From Octopus vulgaris (lineage: Eukaryota), in assembly GCA_951406725.2 (NCBI GenBank), contig OX597825.1:26660001-26724000 (forward strand): a DNA stretch of 64,000 bases, in the 5' to 3' direction. A program made the translations under genes and the position numbers. A model generated the notes under the pieces. That model did not search any database and had not been told where the DNA came from. It was given only the letters and a program-made list of their open reading frames with translations. Positions 1 through 15,364 of the stretch are shown piece by piece; the stretch's first letter is position 1, and every line of letters starts with the position of its first letter.

Positions 1-351
1 ACATACACATAGAAAAACACACACATGTGCATACACACATGCGCACAATCGCACATCCACTCGTGTACACACGCATATTCATAAATACCTGTGTATTAGT
101 GTGTGCGCATACACGTGTTCGTATGTATGTATGTATGTATGTATATATATATAAAATGTATTTTATAATTTATCTCGGTTCACCCCTTAGAAGAAACACA
201 TTCTAACTTAATTGTAATATATTTTATACAGGGTGTATTAGAAATATAACTTGGAATAATATGCAGGGAATAATAGACTTTATTTAATTAATATTAACTT
301 TAAAATTAATAATAAATCTCAGAGCGAGTTATAAACAGTAGCTACAACACA

Positions 352-648
352 TCGTGACGTATATTTGCCATTTAAACATGGCTAACCCCTAAGGGTGGAT
401 GCTACTGTAGTTTGTAGCCCCAGGAGGACACCTTCTCCAGCTGGCTATAGACACACTTTCTGTCCCCTATCTATATTTGCAAAGGTCCTTCTCGAAGACG
501 GGAAGGATGGCTTCCCTTTGCAAATACTGATAGGGCACAGAAAGTGTGTCTATAGCCAGCTGGAGGAGGTGTCCTCCTGGGGCTATAAACTACAGTAGCA
601 TCCACCCTTAGGGGTTAGCCATGTTTAAATGGCAAATATACGTCACGA
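352..648. mobile_element. Near-perfect palindromic (fold-back) MITE-like element
   Basis: TCGTGACGTATATTTGCCATTTAAACATGGCTAACCCCTAAGGGTGGATGC... at 352 is the reverse complement of ...GCATCCACCCTTAGGGGTTAGCCATGTTTAAATGGCAAATATACGTCACGA ending at 648. Arms are about 135 bp with few mismatches and a short spacer. GC content is higher than the flanks. Confidence 0.8.
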
Positions 649-1186
649 ACTTTAAAATTATTTCTGTAATAATGTTCATTCATTCAAAACAGGTTTTACT
701 TGCATTTGGACTTATTAACGAAAACCAAACATCTCTGCAATGATGTTGAGAAAACACGGAAATATACAGATTTGTGCATTTGTTAATGTAAAACGATAAG
801 ATCTGACTGTTAACTAAGGAAAGAAACATGGAAAAATTAATATTTGTTTTCGTATAACTATTTGTGGTTAATTAAACTTAGTTTTAAATAATTCTGCGTT
901 TCAAAATAATTATATTGATCAAAGCGACGTAAAGAGAAAATTATATAAATACAGTAATTTATTTTTAAACTGCGGAAAATGTGTGAGAGGCTATGGATAA
1001 ATGGTATCGCCTATCATAATTGAATGAAGAATTAAGGAAATACTCAAGTACATTCACCCGCGTACACCCATAAAACATGTGATTGGTAGACGAAAGAGCA
1101 GAATTAAAAGTACATGAAGACATAGAAATGAAGTGGCTGAGAGCAGGAAGGTAGGGAGAAATATGACGATGAATATGGTGGGGATA

Positions 1187-1500
<314 letters not shown>

Positions 1501-4500
1501 CAACAAAAAATAACAAGGCAAGGAAGAGAAATTAGAAAAGGAAACTGGTGAAACGAGAACAAAGAACATGGGAAGAAAAGATGGAGATGGTTGAAGCGAA
1601 GCACAGCAATCATAAAACGAAATAATGCAAAAATTACAATTAACTGAAAGCAGTATAAGTACATGAGGAAAGATTAGAAGACTCAGAAATGCAGGTTGTG
1701 CTCTTCAGATCTTCATAATGATACAACGTCTATGGTTTTTTATGTTTGTCAGTGGGAAGCTCCAAATAATAGAAATGAAAAAAAAATGTAAGAGACATAG
1801 GAAAATGATGAACTAATGAGAATCTTTTTTTAAAGAATGATCGACAAATAATAACAAAGAAGTTAAAGCATAAACAAGTGCATTAATTAAATGAAACAAG
1901 TATACAACAAGAAATGCTATAGAAAATGAATTTAACAGAAAAAAATATAGTAAATATAATGCACAGTTTAATAGAATTTCGAAATAATAAATGCGTAAAA
2001 TATGCATACATACAGAATCATTTAAATGTGATGCATGAAAGTATTAAGAGAAGTATTTAACATGAAATTTTGTTTGAGATGATTAAATTGTTTAAAGAGA
2101 GCGGGAAGGTGGGATCTATTATGTTCGAAGAATAATACAAAGAGAGATGCATTATGCGAAGAGAATGACATGCAGAAAACTGTGAAGGATGATAGATATG
2201 AAAATATGAGAATTATAGAATATAGTTAAGGATTCGGGAAGAAAAATAAAGAACATAAATAATAAAAGAACGAATGGTGCTTTGTTATGAGATTGGGGAG
2301 TGTAAATACAGACGGTTATCTTATAATAGAATATAATATAAAAGAAATAAAACGTGTGGACTTTTGCAGCTGGATTGAGTGATATAATGAATTAAGGCAG
2401 CAGAATGAAGCATTAGATAACCCATTGCGATCCTTTTACAAACAAAGAAGAAATGAATATGAAACAAAAAGAGATGAGGATAAGGTAAAAAGAGGAGAGA
2501 GTTGCTAAGAATGAGAGTGGGGGAGAGAATTTGGAAGAAGAGAGAAGAAAATTGTTTGTGTGGTATGACGACTGAACTATGTGAAAAGTGCTAGTCATAT
2601 ACAAAGAAATATGTGAAATGTTGAAAGGAAACCAGAAAGAAACTAATCGTAAACAGGATCATTGAAAAAAAATCCAACAAAAAGAATAATGGGAAATTAA
2701 TACACAATAAGAAATAAGAATAAAGATTGAACAAATGAATCTAGAATATGTGGAATTTAAATCAGAAGGGAGAAAGAAGGAAAAGGGAAGGAGAGATATG
2801 GTTGTATCAAAATAGTCAAAGTAATACAGATTGAAGCGAAGATTATTTAGGAATACATAGGAAATTAAGAATTTCAGACAGAGAAAAAATACATATCATA
2901 AATACATTAGTATAAAATTAAATTCTTGTACAAGTGTAAAATAATCGAAAGTAAGGTTGACAGTGAAAATAATATTGAAACAAAGAGAAAAAACAAAGCG
3001 GAGGTGTTAAAAGAATACGAGAACAAACAGAGGCACAAATATATCCGGTGACAATAGAAGTCGAAAGGAAGGATTGAACCAGAGGAAAAGCAAAGACGCA
3101 AATGAAATAACATGAAATTTTCACTAAGTTTCTATTGTCCTCACATTATGAAAATGAATAAAATTCCCTTCCAGAACCAGAAAAAAAAAACGAAAATATA
3201 AAGAGGATAATGAAATAGGAAATGTTTTTTCTCTCAAACTACTCTTAAAGTTTAATGTCAGTGAGAGCAAATGAAAGTAAACTGTGTCATGGGCGAAATT
3301 CTGTAAAGTTTTATTAAACATACAAAGTAGGATCCACGTGGAAATCACAGACGTTCGCTACTCTTATATCCCAGGGTAATGCAGGTAACTTCACAAGACA
3401 TCAGATGTTCACAGTGGTTCTGCTTATTGTACTATGACGGCGGGTTTATTAGCGCACTTTTGAGTGTGAGAATGTTTACTAAATCAAATGTCTTATAGTC
3501 TCTCAGTTTCATCAGTTCCAGCACCCAATTTCCAGTGGATATAAATATTGTACAGCCAAAATTTCGGTGTGGCTGGAGGGCTTTCTACTTCCTGTCGCAA
3601 AAAGATCACGTTCCTATATTCTGAATATTTTTCATTTTGTGTCAATTGTGGAAAGGAGTGGACTCATGTTGCACAATGAACAGACTTTACGTCTCTAGTG
3701 GCTGGTTTTCATGTTACAGCGTGCAGAAACTCCAATGTTAGTTTTCTTGGAGTCAGAAATAGTCTTATATTTCTATTCCATCTAAAGACAACAATAGGAG
3801 GCTGAGAAAATATTTGTCTGAAACCATGATATTTTCCCGCAATATGCTGGTAACTTTCATGCAACACATTTGAAATTCAAGCGAAATTTCGGTGCCAGAT
3901 TATCACTAAAGGCATTCTGTAAAATATTGTACTTAGTTAAACATTTTGCATGTAAGTTTGGCTTTCTTTACTAACCTTAGCTATGTCATTTGCTATTTCC
4001 TTTAATCGTGATTCACTGTAACCGAGTTTGACATAATGGTGTACAAAAGCATTTGCCTGTTTCCAATAATCCCTTACGTAAGTACAAATCTGTTTTATCC
4101 TCAGAAATTGGGATTTCGGCTTCGACCGAATTATATGGTATCGATGATCGGAGCGAGCGGTGGAGGTAAATGTGGGATGACGTGGGCTTGCAAAGTAACT
4201 GCCACTATTTTGCCCTTATTACGCGTAATGTCATTGAAGGATTGAGTTAGTCATCCACGAGATGGAGGGAGAGCATTCAGCCAAGATTTCAGGAAATATT
4301 TCATTCGAAATGTCCTCGTTAATACGTTCAGAGACACCGATGCGTTGATGAATCCAGGTGCTGTTCTTTACGGTGCGAGCGGATCAATGTCCAACCTTGT
4401 GCTATTCAACCTTGTTAGGTGTGGTCTGAATAGATATATTCAATTTTGCAATATTTCCCATAAAATATTTCAGGCTTGTTCAAGAACGTTTTGCTATCCT

Positions 4501-5222
4501 TGAAAAATGTTCACTTCCTTTGAGCTTCTATCTTCCATATCGGTGATTTCTTCCATTGGATAATTTACATGATTTTGCAATTCTTTCATTGATTTGGCTT
4601 ATTCTTCTTATGAATTATTTTTCTTTTCAGCGTCTGAGCTTTTGGTATCTTAACGCATGTTTTTGCTCTTGATATTCTTGTGTATTACAATATAATATCT
4701 GAGGGCACAAATTTTATTTCTAATTTTCGTTTGACATGATTTTTTATCACACAAGACATTGATTATTGAAGCTGCAGCGTAGCAAAGGTTATTTTGTGAG
4801 GTGAGATCTATTTCTTTTTCACACAAGAAGGACTTTATATCTGCCTATAAATCCATAATTTTGTTTTGAGTTGAGAATCTTGTGATAAATTTACAGCAAT
4901 TCGCTTTCCAATTTCTGCTTCAGGTCTCCAAAGTACTTGAGATATATTTTACCACATCTCAAAGGCGTCTCTTCTCTGAAGGCATCGTTAGAAGTGTCTC
5001 GTATATCACTCTATATTACTTACGGTATTTTAACCCATATAGTTTTTTAATATGGAAGTTGGATCATTTGAATAATTGGCGTGTATTGCCTATGAGTGTT
5101 TAGAAATTTATTTCTCTATATATGCATATACCTACGGACAAACACACCAGGGAGCACACAATATAGGCTCATAAACATGGAAGCGGATATATATAGATCT
5201 CTCTCTCTCTCTCTCTCTCTCG

Positions 5223-5255
<33 letters not shown>

Positions 5256-5341
5256 GCACACACATTCATTCCCTCGCTGTCTATTCACACACATACCTAC
5301 CTACGAAGCATCTCAGGCACTCGCACATCGATATGTACAGA

Positions 5342-5372
<31 letters not shown>

Positions 5373-5479
5373 CACTTTGTATAGCTGTATATACATCTCT
5401 GGCTTTGTTTGAGAGGCTATGTATGTATGTATGTATGTATGTATGTATATATGTGTGCGTGTTCATTTCTTGTTGTACC

Positions 5480-5670
5480 ACTGCCATCGCCTGATAACCG
5501 TTGCTAGTGTGTTTATGTCCACGTAACTTACCTGTTCGACAAAACAGACCAATAGCAAAAATACTAGGCTTTCAAAAACAGGTCCTGAAGACGATTTCCT
5601 CGACTAAAACCCTTAAGGCGGAGCTCCAGCCTGACCACAGTTAAATGTGTGAAACCAGTAAAAGAGCAAA
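5480..5670 (+). mobile_element. SINE family B, diverged 3' part
   Basis: Similar to 52546-52728 and to the reverse complement of 58000-58200 (GTGTTTA.GTCC.CGTAACTTA...GACTAAA...GAAAC.A.TAAAAGA). Confidence 0.6.
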
Positions 5671-6239
5671 ATACTACATATATGTCAATATATATATAAG
5701 CCTGTGTGCGAGTGAGTGTGTGTGTTTAGTGGGTTGAATGTCCTTCCAATATGTTTGGGATATGACCAGCTGTGATGATTGGCGTGTCTCTTGGACGGCT
5801 TGTTGAATATATTTTTTTTCAAGGATTTTTCCTTTGGGTATTGGTAGTCACCATTTGCGTGTATGCGTGTGTGTGCGTTCGTGTTAGTTTATCTGTGGGT
5901 GAGTTTATAAGTGTGTGTGTGTTTTCCGACATTTTATTTTGTGTGTATGTGTTTGTATGTGTGTACAGAGTTTTATCTTTTTGAGATGTTTCCTTATGTA
6001 TTTGCGTGAATGTATGTGTGTGTGTGTGTGTATTTGTATGTAAGTTTTGAGATTTTTCTTTTATGCGTGTGTATGTGTTTTATGTGTATGTTTTTGCGAT
6101 GTTTTGTGCGTGTATGTGTGTGTGTTTGTGTGTATAAGTGGAAAGGTATGTGTTTAAGTATGCGTGCAAAGGTGTATATGTTTCTTATATGTATGGTTTT
6201 CTCTGTATGCAGAGTGTATGTGTGCTTCGGTGTCATGCA

Positions 6240-6708
6240 GTGGGGTCGATGTAATCGACTTAATCCCTTACTCTGTCCTTGTTTGTTCCCGCTATGTTTA
6301 ACCCCTTGTGGGTAATAAAGAAATAGGTATTTCGTCTCACTTTACGAAAGGCGGCGTGCCGGTACAATCATTAACACGCAGGGCGAAATGCTTAGTTCTG
6401 AGTTCAAATTCCGCCGAAGTTGACTTTGCCTTTCATCCTTTCGGGGGTCGATTAAATAAGTATCAGTCGATATAATCGACTTAATCCGTTTGTCTGTCCT
6501 TGTTTGGCCCCTCTGTGTTTAGCCCCGTGTGGGTAGTAAATAGGTATTTCTTCTCTCTTTACGTTCTAAGTTCAAATTCGGCCACGGTCGACTTTGCCTT
6601 TCATCCTTTCGTGGTCTATAAATGGACTACCAGTAATGTGCTGAGGTCAATCTGATCGATTGAGCCACCTATCCCAAAATTTCGGGTGTTTTGCCTAGAG
6701 TAGAAAAG
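6240..6708 (+). mobile_element. Cluster of tandem or truncated SINE family A copies
   Basis: Repeated TTCTGAGTTCAAATTCCGCCGA.GT.GACTTTGCCTTTCATCCTTTCGGGGTCGA and AGCCCC.TGTGGGTA.TAAA motifs shared with 13995, 19579, 31628 and 53216. Confidence 0.8.
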
Positions 6709-6793
6709 TATGTTTTCTTTTGTGTATTTTGCGATGATTCCTTTTTATGCATGTGTACGTTTGTGTGTGTGTGTGAGTATGTGTGCAGCCATA

Positions 6794-6891
<98 letters not shown>

Positions 6892-7951
6892 AGTTGTATA
6901 CTGTCAACTTAACGTGACACTCCCATAAAGGGAATCACACTACCGCTATTTAGCCCTAGGAAGCATCAACACTTCTTGTCGGCCTTGACACATTTCCTGT
7001 GTCCTTATGTTTACAAAGGGGAGTCAAGCATCCCCATCCAGCCAAGCCTGCATCCAGAGACATGTTTCTGAGTCTTGCTCGTCATCAGTCTGGAGTAGCA
7101 TGGCCTGCTAGCTGAAGATACCTGTCTAGACTTTGTAAACATATATAATTTCAGTGAAGTAAATTCACTGATCAAACTGATAAAAGTTCGATTTATAAAT
7201 ATATATATATATGCGTGTGTGTGTGTTTGTGTGTATAAATGTAGTAGATACATACATATACATTCATACACATACACATTTCTGAGTAAAAGATTGAGAA
7301 AAATATGAGTGATACATACCCAGAGGCACATACAGACGCACACAAACGTATATGTCAACAATTGCCTTATGCAAGTTTCAATGTAACTGTAATATTTTGA
7401 TAGATTTCCTATAATCTCTTTTGATAGATTCAGATGCAAAATTTTGTAGCCTGGAACTGAAATCACAGTAGCCCAGCATATTTTCCTCAGGATCACACAG
7501 ACAACAGATATGATAATTTTGACTAAGTGTTTTATTTTTATCTGCATTTAACACCACTGATATTTTGCTATATATCGTAAAAGATAGTATATGGAATGTA
7601 TATGCGCCTTATCACTTAGTAACCTCAGTAACAAATATATCATTTTCCTGATATATCAATTGTCGAGAAATAGATACATCATATTGATACCATTCCATTA
7701 GATTTCTAAGATATGTAAGCGAACTTATTTATGCTAACGTTCAGCCGTTTTGACATACAAACATGGTTTAAATAGAAATTTGTTTTAAACAACCTCGCAT
7801 ATCAGATTGTCAGATTGTGTACACGTACTGTTTATATAAGACCACGTATCCACAATAATATGCTATATAAAATCGAACTATATTCTTCATACTGTACAGT
7901 GATTCTCACAGGAAAATATCCATTTTGGGAGCAGTTCGCATTATATATATC

Positions 7952-8098
7952 CAGTTACCGTCTACAAAATCCACTCACAAAGCTTTGAACTGCACGAGTT
8001 TATAGTGCAAATCACTTACCTAGTGTGCCAAGCGGTGGGACTGAACTCGGAACCATGTGGCTTGGATGTCAGCTCCACACCACACACCCACGCGTCCT
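7952..8098 (-). mobile_element. SINE family B, tRNA-derived head region
   Basis: Matches 58270-58390 (CCGTCTAC.AAATCCACTCACAA...GTGGGACTGAACTCGGAACCATGTGG). Confidence 0.6.
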
Positions 8099-8379
8099 GA
8101 TACATATGTATGTATGCATGTATGTGTGTCTGTGTGTGCATATATGTGTACATAATTGGCTCAGGCAATACCTAACATGCTAGCACCATCTGCTAAAGGC
8201 ATTTATATTTTCTTAATATTTGGACACCGTTGCTCTCTCGATTAAAGAGTAATTGCTTGCAGATATATATTCGCTCGTAGGTACTATTATCTGGTATCTG
8301 TTGCTGGTATTCGCCCAGGACCCGTTTGAATATTTTTTTCTTCTCTTGCTGTATTCGCATGGCAGATCTATTCGAGGTG

Positions 8380-9200
8380 AAACACTTTCGTCTAAGTATT
8401 GAGATGTGAGGCCAGGACTGTTGACGCAGATCAAATATTGATGTAAACATCATTTGTGTAGTATTATCGGAACACTTTCCACATCATACAAAGGAAATAG
8501 TCCGCACAGTATCGTCAGAGGGAATACAGTTTTTATCTCGAGACGATCTCAGTGATCAAGACATTTTATGTAATTTATTTTTTGTCATTGATCTCTGGGG
8601 TGCTTTAATTTTTATAAGATTTTATTTCATATAGAGGGACAACAACAAACAACAGTATTGAAGGTGAGGACGGGCGAAAGCGCAGCATATTTTCTTGCGC
8701 AGAATCGCAAACATGTCTTCTGCTCCACTATGCAGAGTGTCATATTCGTCTATCAGATGTCCAACAGACGAAACAGCAATCTTATTCCTTTTGGTGAACA
8801 AGAAGAACATTTTGGAATTGACTTTCACTTTCTCAATGGCTCACTGTTGAGTTACTTTTCTTTCATTACCGATGATAATTTTGGAGATAATAGTTCTTTG
8901 ATTCCAGTAAAGCTCTATCTGTCAAGTCCGTGCGTTTAATCCGGTTGATTATTTAATATCATGTAATTATTTTTGTTTTAAATGCTCTTGGTTTTCGTGC
9001 TCTTGTAGCAGGAGTGTTATATTTGGTATTGCTTTCAGTAATCGACTGTTTTGTTTATAGCAAATGAATAGAATTAAAATTGCAGGGATGATATGTGTGT
9101 AGCAAGGCGCAGAAAGAATAGCAGCATATTTTTAGATTTCGTTGTTGACATGAGGGTGTTTTCAGTAGAAGTGAAGTTTTAGGTTTAGATTTGTTTGCCT
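8380..9200 (-). pseudogene. Highly decayed CR1/L2-type LINE RT C-terminal remnant
   Basis: Minus ORF 8622-8828 ends CCAFARPHLQYCCLLLSLY, resembling the conserved Y.alVRPHLEYc...WsP motif of CR1/L2 ORF2. Boundaries are approximate. Confidence 0.45.
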
Positions 9201-9437
9201 TTAATGACATTTAGGGCAGTATTGGTTGGAGATAGAGAAATGTGCGGTTGAGGTTGGATACTGGCAGCGGTGGTAGTAATAGAGGTAGTTCAATTTGGTG
9301 GTGTTGACATTGAGGCAGTAGTGATGGGTCAGGAAGAAAGAAGGAGAGAGGAGTTTGGTCAATGAAGGAAGAAAGGAGCGTTTGTTGCTAGTCATTGACA
9401 GAAGTCATAGGAGTGGAAGTAGGAGAACGGGAAGCAG

Positions 9438-9499
9438 CAGCAGTAGTAGTAGCAGCAGCTGTAGTAGTGGTAGTAGTAGCAGCATCAGTAGGTATTATT

Positions 9500-9530
<31 letters not shown>

Positions 9531-9543
9531 TTATTATTATTAT

Positions 9544-9608
<65 letters not shown>
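9438..9608. repeat. (AGC/AGT)n-(ATT)n-(AGT)n microsatellite
   Basis: Read directly. Confidence 0.95.
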
Positions 9609-9609
<1 letters not shown>

Positions 9610-10493
9610 AGGAAGGCGGCAGAATTATTGCCGATAGGAATAGTGATGGCCGCGTGCATTTTGTGATATGTTGACTTGGAGGACTTCGCTGCTGCGGTCG
9701 CCGCGGTGGCTTCTTTTGCCATTGTGGTAGCTGAAATTGATGTTGATGTGGTTGTTGTTTGTTTTTTTGTTACTGCTACTGATTGCGGTCTCTGGTTGTC
9801 GGAAGTAGCGAGTTCATCCGCGTCCTTAATTATGGTACGATACGAAGTAGTTATTTGCTTCAGTTTGTTTTGAACATTTCTCATTTGGTTGTTATTTAAA
9901 AGGTGAACAATCCTATTGGCAATGACATTTACGTACGCATGAAGCATGAATGTTCTCATTCTGAGAAAGAATGAACCATGCGTTAATGAGAATATTGATT
10001 TAACTTTCAGACCAGTCATGTCAGCATTGAGACGTTTCTTTGCTTTGCTGTTCTCTGATTTTGGTTGTTTTAGTTGTTGCTGTTGTTTTATTGTTGCGAA
10101 CTACTTCCGATTCTTTATCAGTTTCGTTTTAGAATGTCGAATTCCACATCATGCCAAATTGGTACTACGTTACTTAAACACAAAGGCATTTAAGTCGATT
10201 GTGCATAATTTGTGCAACAACAGCAGAAAAGGAATTTGAGAAACAACAGCGTATAAAATAAGCAAATTACGAACAAAATGTTTATTTTGTGGAGTAGTGT
10301 TTTAGGGGAATAGATATTTGTGTACTTAACAATGTCGAATGAGTAAACTTTTGTGCATTTCCTAATAGAAATAGTGTGCACTTTGCTGATATAATCTTGT
10401 ATGCTTACTGTACAAATTAACCAAGAATTTAAACAATTCAAGGATTCAAAAGACGAGATAAACGTATGTATAGATGATATGTGGATGCATGTA

Positions 10494-10538
<45 letters not shown>

Positions 10539-11319
10539 GACACACAAACACACACACACATATACACATACATACACACTCACATTCACGCACACGCACT
10601 TACACACACAGGCTCGCACTCACACACACACATACTTACACAAACACACACATACACGAACTTGCCATATATATATATAAGTTAGCATGAGCATCTAGAG
10701 AAGATTTAAATACAGTTGCTATCTCCCATATACCTTGATGTCCTTGTCCGCTACGTTCTGTTGTGTTGCTATTCAATATGGACTAGCGGTGAGACTCTTA
10801 TTAGAACATCATCCTATGCACATATCTAGTTACAACCTCATTTATAATATTAATAGCGTCAATATCTCCCGAAAATTTAATCAGTTTTATTAGAAAATTC
10901 GGGGTCCTTCTATTAACATTTTATAAATCCGAACAAATTGAGGTATAAATGAATAAACGACACGAAAACCCTCAATGGTTGGTGTGCAATAACACGTGTT
11001 TCTGCAATGTCATTCATATAGGTTCAATACAAGCGTGCCATCGAATACTTAGCTTCACTGAGGAGAGAGTTCTAGATTATACTTTTTATTATTCACTTTC
11101 GTTTCTTAAGCGTACATTTGCTAATTCACAGTTCGCTTGATGCTCAGCACGTTTTGAAGTAATGTTAGTGAGCTTAGTCATTTAAGGTGTGATGGTGATA
11201 GTATGTTAGGTATGGGGTGAGCCAATTATGTACATATATATACATACACAAACACACATGCATGCACACAAACGTATAAATATATATATGTATAGATATA
11301 AATACAGACACGCACACAC

Positions 11320-11492
<173 letters not shown>

Positions 11493-12352
11493 TAATTAGT
11501 TATACAGTGTAATTATCACATGGAATAAATAATTTGATATATGTTACCAAGACAAAGATAGAAACCGTGACCTAGAGACCCAGAACCACATCGGTTTCAT
11601 GAACTCCTACATATTAACCACATATTCCACGCGGCTGACCACACGACTATCGTTTGCCTTTTATAAGTGCACAAAACTCATGTTAAAATTTACAAACTTT
11701 ATATATCGAATAAGGACGTAGCTCTGTAAAATCATACGAGGCAAATCATTGATGTCAGTTCTATATTTCTGTTCTGAGATTAGAAATAGGAACATATCAG
11801 TAACGTTATATATATTTGTTAAAGCACTACACATATTTTGTCACGTCACATTTATCAAACATCCGCAGCTACTGACTAATTTCAATGAAATGAGGGTCAT
11901 AACAATACAGATACTTGGATTAGGTTTTATAACTTAGTTAACAACATATAAATCAATATACTGAATTATAGAACTATAATAACTTGCTCGCCAAGTAATC
12001 TTCACAATAATCTAATATTCAAATATTGCAGAGTTAATATTACCTTATCTAGTTTCCATTTTAATGAAATCTCACGAGAAGCATAAGATATTCCGACATA
12101 CCTATAATTCTATTTGGACCCCGTCTTTCAGATTAACTTGCAAGAACGTGGTCGTTTGTTGAAGCCACAATTACACAGCTTCTATAATTCTTTGGAAGTA
12201 TAACAATTCAATTTATTTCATTTCAGTTCAGTTCAACGTAATGGATTATTGTTAAATTGTAAAACCACCACAGATACGTAGACAGTTATATTATTGGCAT
12301 AACAAACATTAATAACGATATCAGAAGTCAGTTGTGATTCATTTCAATATGC

Positions 12353-12421
<69 letters not shown>

Positions 12422-12428
12422 CATGAAA

Positions 12429-12475
<47 letters not shown>

Positions 12476-12557
12476 TACGTATATATGTGTGTTCGTGTGT
12501 GTATACTTTATATCAGTTAATTTGTTTCCATGTAAAATATTAATTTTATATATATAC

Positions 12558-12616
<59 letters not shown>

Positions 12617-13994
12617 AGCAAATATTGTACAATTCACAGAAACTTCATAACTACCTAACTCTAAATTTTAGCCGGCGTCACGGAAAAAATTCTTCCTTGT
12701 AAGTACACTTCCGATGTATTTGCGATGTGATTAACCTTGCACTTGTTGACGCAACCTTCAGTCGTTGTTCTCCATATAAACTTATGGATAATCTTATTTT
12801 TTTAAGCATCCACCGTCGGAATTATAGCATTTTGTAGCTTGTTATTTGATTGGAGTCTATGTATATAATCATAATATATTAGATATTTCCATGCATCTTT
12901 CCGGCCGAAGATGTTTCTAGATGTACCTACTGGAATTCAGCCAGGTGACATGATATTGTGCACACACACACACACACACATACACACTCAGACAAATACA
13001 CATACACATTATATACATCTATACGTGAAAATGTATATAAATATATATATTTGAGTAGATGGAACTTCTCTATCGTCCCTGTGCTACTTATACTCCTCAA
13101 CTACTGATTCCTGTGGGTAGGCCCTCTTTCCCGATCTTTCTATGCCTCTCACCTATCTCCTTCTCCTTCCTTGTCTTACTAGAGTAGTCCAGTATCTCCT
13201 CGATAATGAGACAAGTATGCCTGACCTGTTATTATAATCCAAACTGTCAGCTGAGGCGTCTTCGTTTTGCAAGTTACTTGCCGATCCCGCGGGTACGGGC
13301 ACCGCGTACAAAGCATTTGTGCTGGCGCCACGTATAAAGCAACCATGCTGACATCACGTAAAGAGCACTCTTGTTGGCGATACGTAAATGTCTCCCGCGC
13401 CGGGGTCACGCAAAAAAGCGCCCGTGACGGTGCTGTGTAGTAGGCGCCAGTATCTTCGCCATCTGCAAGTACCTAGTACACTTCGTAAAGTGCTCGGCGT
13501 TTGGAAGGGCATTGGCCGGATAAACGATACCAAAGCAGACGACTGAGAGCTGGTGAAGGCTTTCAGCTTGCCAGTTCCCGTTAAACCGTCCAACTTATGC
13601 AAATATGAAAAACGTATGTATGGCGATAATGATGATGATCGTGATGATGATGCTGATGATGATGGTGGTGGTGCTGATGATGATGATGATGATGATGATA
13701 TGCATAAGAACATGCTCACACATATATACGTAGCGTGACTGAATGAGAAGTAGTGAGTAAAAAGCAAGAGAGAATTTATCTTTGAAGAAGTATTGCGTTG
13801 CAAATAAAGTAACAAATAATATTTCGTCATTATGTACCATTTTCGTAATGTGCAACATATAGTTATTTTTACCTATCAAGGGCAGATCATATTGAGTTAC
13901 AAGTATTATTTTAAATAATACCTTACATAGAAAACGTCAACATATATAAAAACATGCTTCTCAAGGAGAATATTCTGGTAATATATACTTCTGT

Positions 13995-14227
13995 AAGGCG
14001 GTGAGCAAGCAGAAACGTTAGCACACCGGGCGAAATGTTTAACGGTATTTCGTCTGCCGTTCCGTTCTGAGTTCAAATGCCGCCGAGGTTGATTATACCT
14101 TTCATCCTTTCGGGGTCGATTAAATATGTACCAGTTACACACTGGGGTCGATATAATCGACATAATCCGTTTGTCTGTCCTTGTTTGTCCACTCTGTGTG
14201 TAGCCCCTTGTGGGCAATAAAGAAACA
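13995..14227 (+). mobile_element. tRNA-derived SINE family A, full-length
   Basis: AAGGCGGTGAGC...GTTAGCAC...GAGTTCAAAT (B-box-like)...CCTTTCATCCTTTCGGGGTCGA...AGCCCCTTGTGGGCAATAAAGAAA. At least six copies occur in the window. Confidence 0.85.
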
Positions 14228-15364
14228 AACATATACTTCTGCTTTTTCATATGTTATGCTTATGTGTTAGCTACTTCATATTTATATTTTATATGTTATG
14301 TATTTGTTTCTTTGTTGTACAATTCTATAGAATACATCAATATATGTGCATGTAAACGGATTCACTTCAGCATGATTTTATCCGTCGGTGCTGTTTTGAT
14401 TCGATTGGAATAATCAACTTTCAGTGGCATTACTATATTAATTCTCCAGATGTAAAATAAGAAGAAAAGTTTTAAAAACTTATAAACGTGTATAATTTTT
14501 GAGACTGTATTATTCAGTGCATAGAGCTAGAAAGCATGTATGAAGAAACAAATATACCGATTGCTTATATTTAGAACATTTTTCCTGCTTTCAACACATG
14601 TCTCTCGGTGTCTTGATATCGTGGTATGGTTCAGAAAATTTTCCGTTGATAAGAGATTAACTTCAATATTCCTGTTTTTATTTTTCTTTTGTTCAGAACA
14701 TTCCATATGAGTGCTTCATTTTAAATATATTTTGTATAGTTGCCTGCCTAATTTTAATTATATTTTCTTTGATTAGTGGAATGATATGTGTTTGCTACAT
14801 GCATTATATCATTTCTTTCGGTACAATTGTACGAGTGATTGAGATAATTTAGTTCCATACCATTAAGTGCGTTGAATATTATATTAAAATTTTCTTTAGT
14901 AGAAGATCAGATTAATAACTGATTTAGTGTAATTTTTAATTTAGTTTGAATTAGAACGCATATGAAACATTTCTTAACTGTATTTTTTTAGAATTTAATT
15001 CATGCCTCGTGTCAAAGGCGTTCATTCACCTGCGTAGACGTTTTCATTACTTTTTGTACCACGTCTATATCTTTCTTTAGTTTTTTACTTCATTATTTAT
15101 CATATTATGTACTGAATGATTTATGTTCCTCGGTATAGCTATTTCTCATTGTACACAATTAGTTTTGTACGTGCAGTGTCTATGGCATATATTGGACCCT
15201 TAGATGTTTGAATTATCATTGTATATGCCAGCTACGTGTATCTTATATTCGTAGCTATTAAGTTTTATCTTTCGATGATTATATGGTTAGTTCACTGAGG
15301 TGAAAATGTTTAGAATTGAAGAGTTTTTCCATATTGTAATACTAAATACACAGTGTTCATCGGT

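Noticed and set aside
1700-3300. Purine-rich plus-strand tract, possibly an ancient L1-like ORF2
   Set aside because: Strand bias is suggestive, but no motif could be read with confidence.
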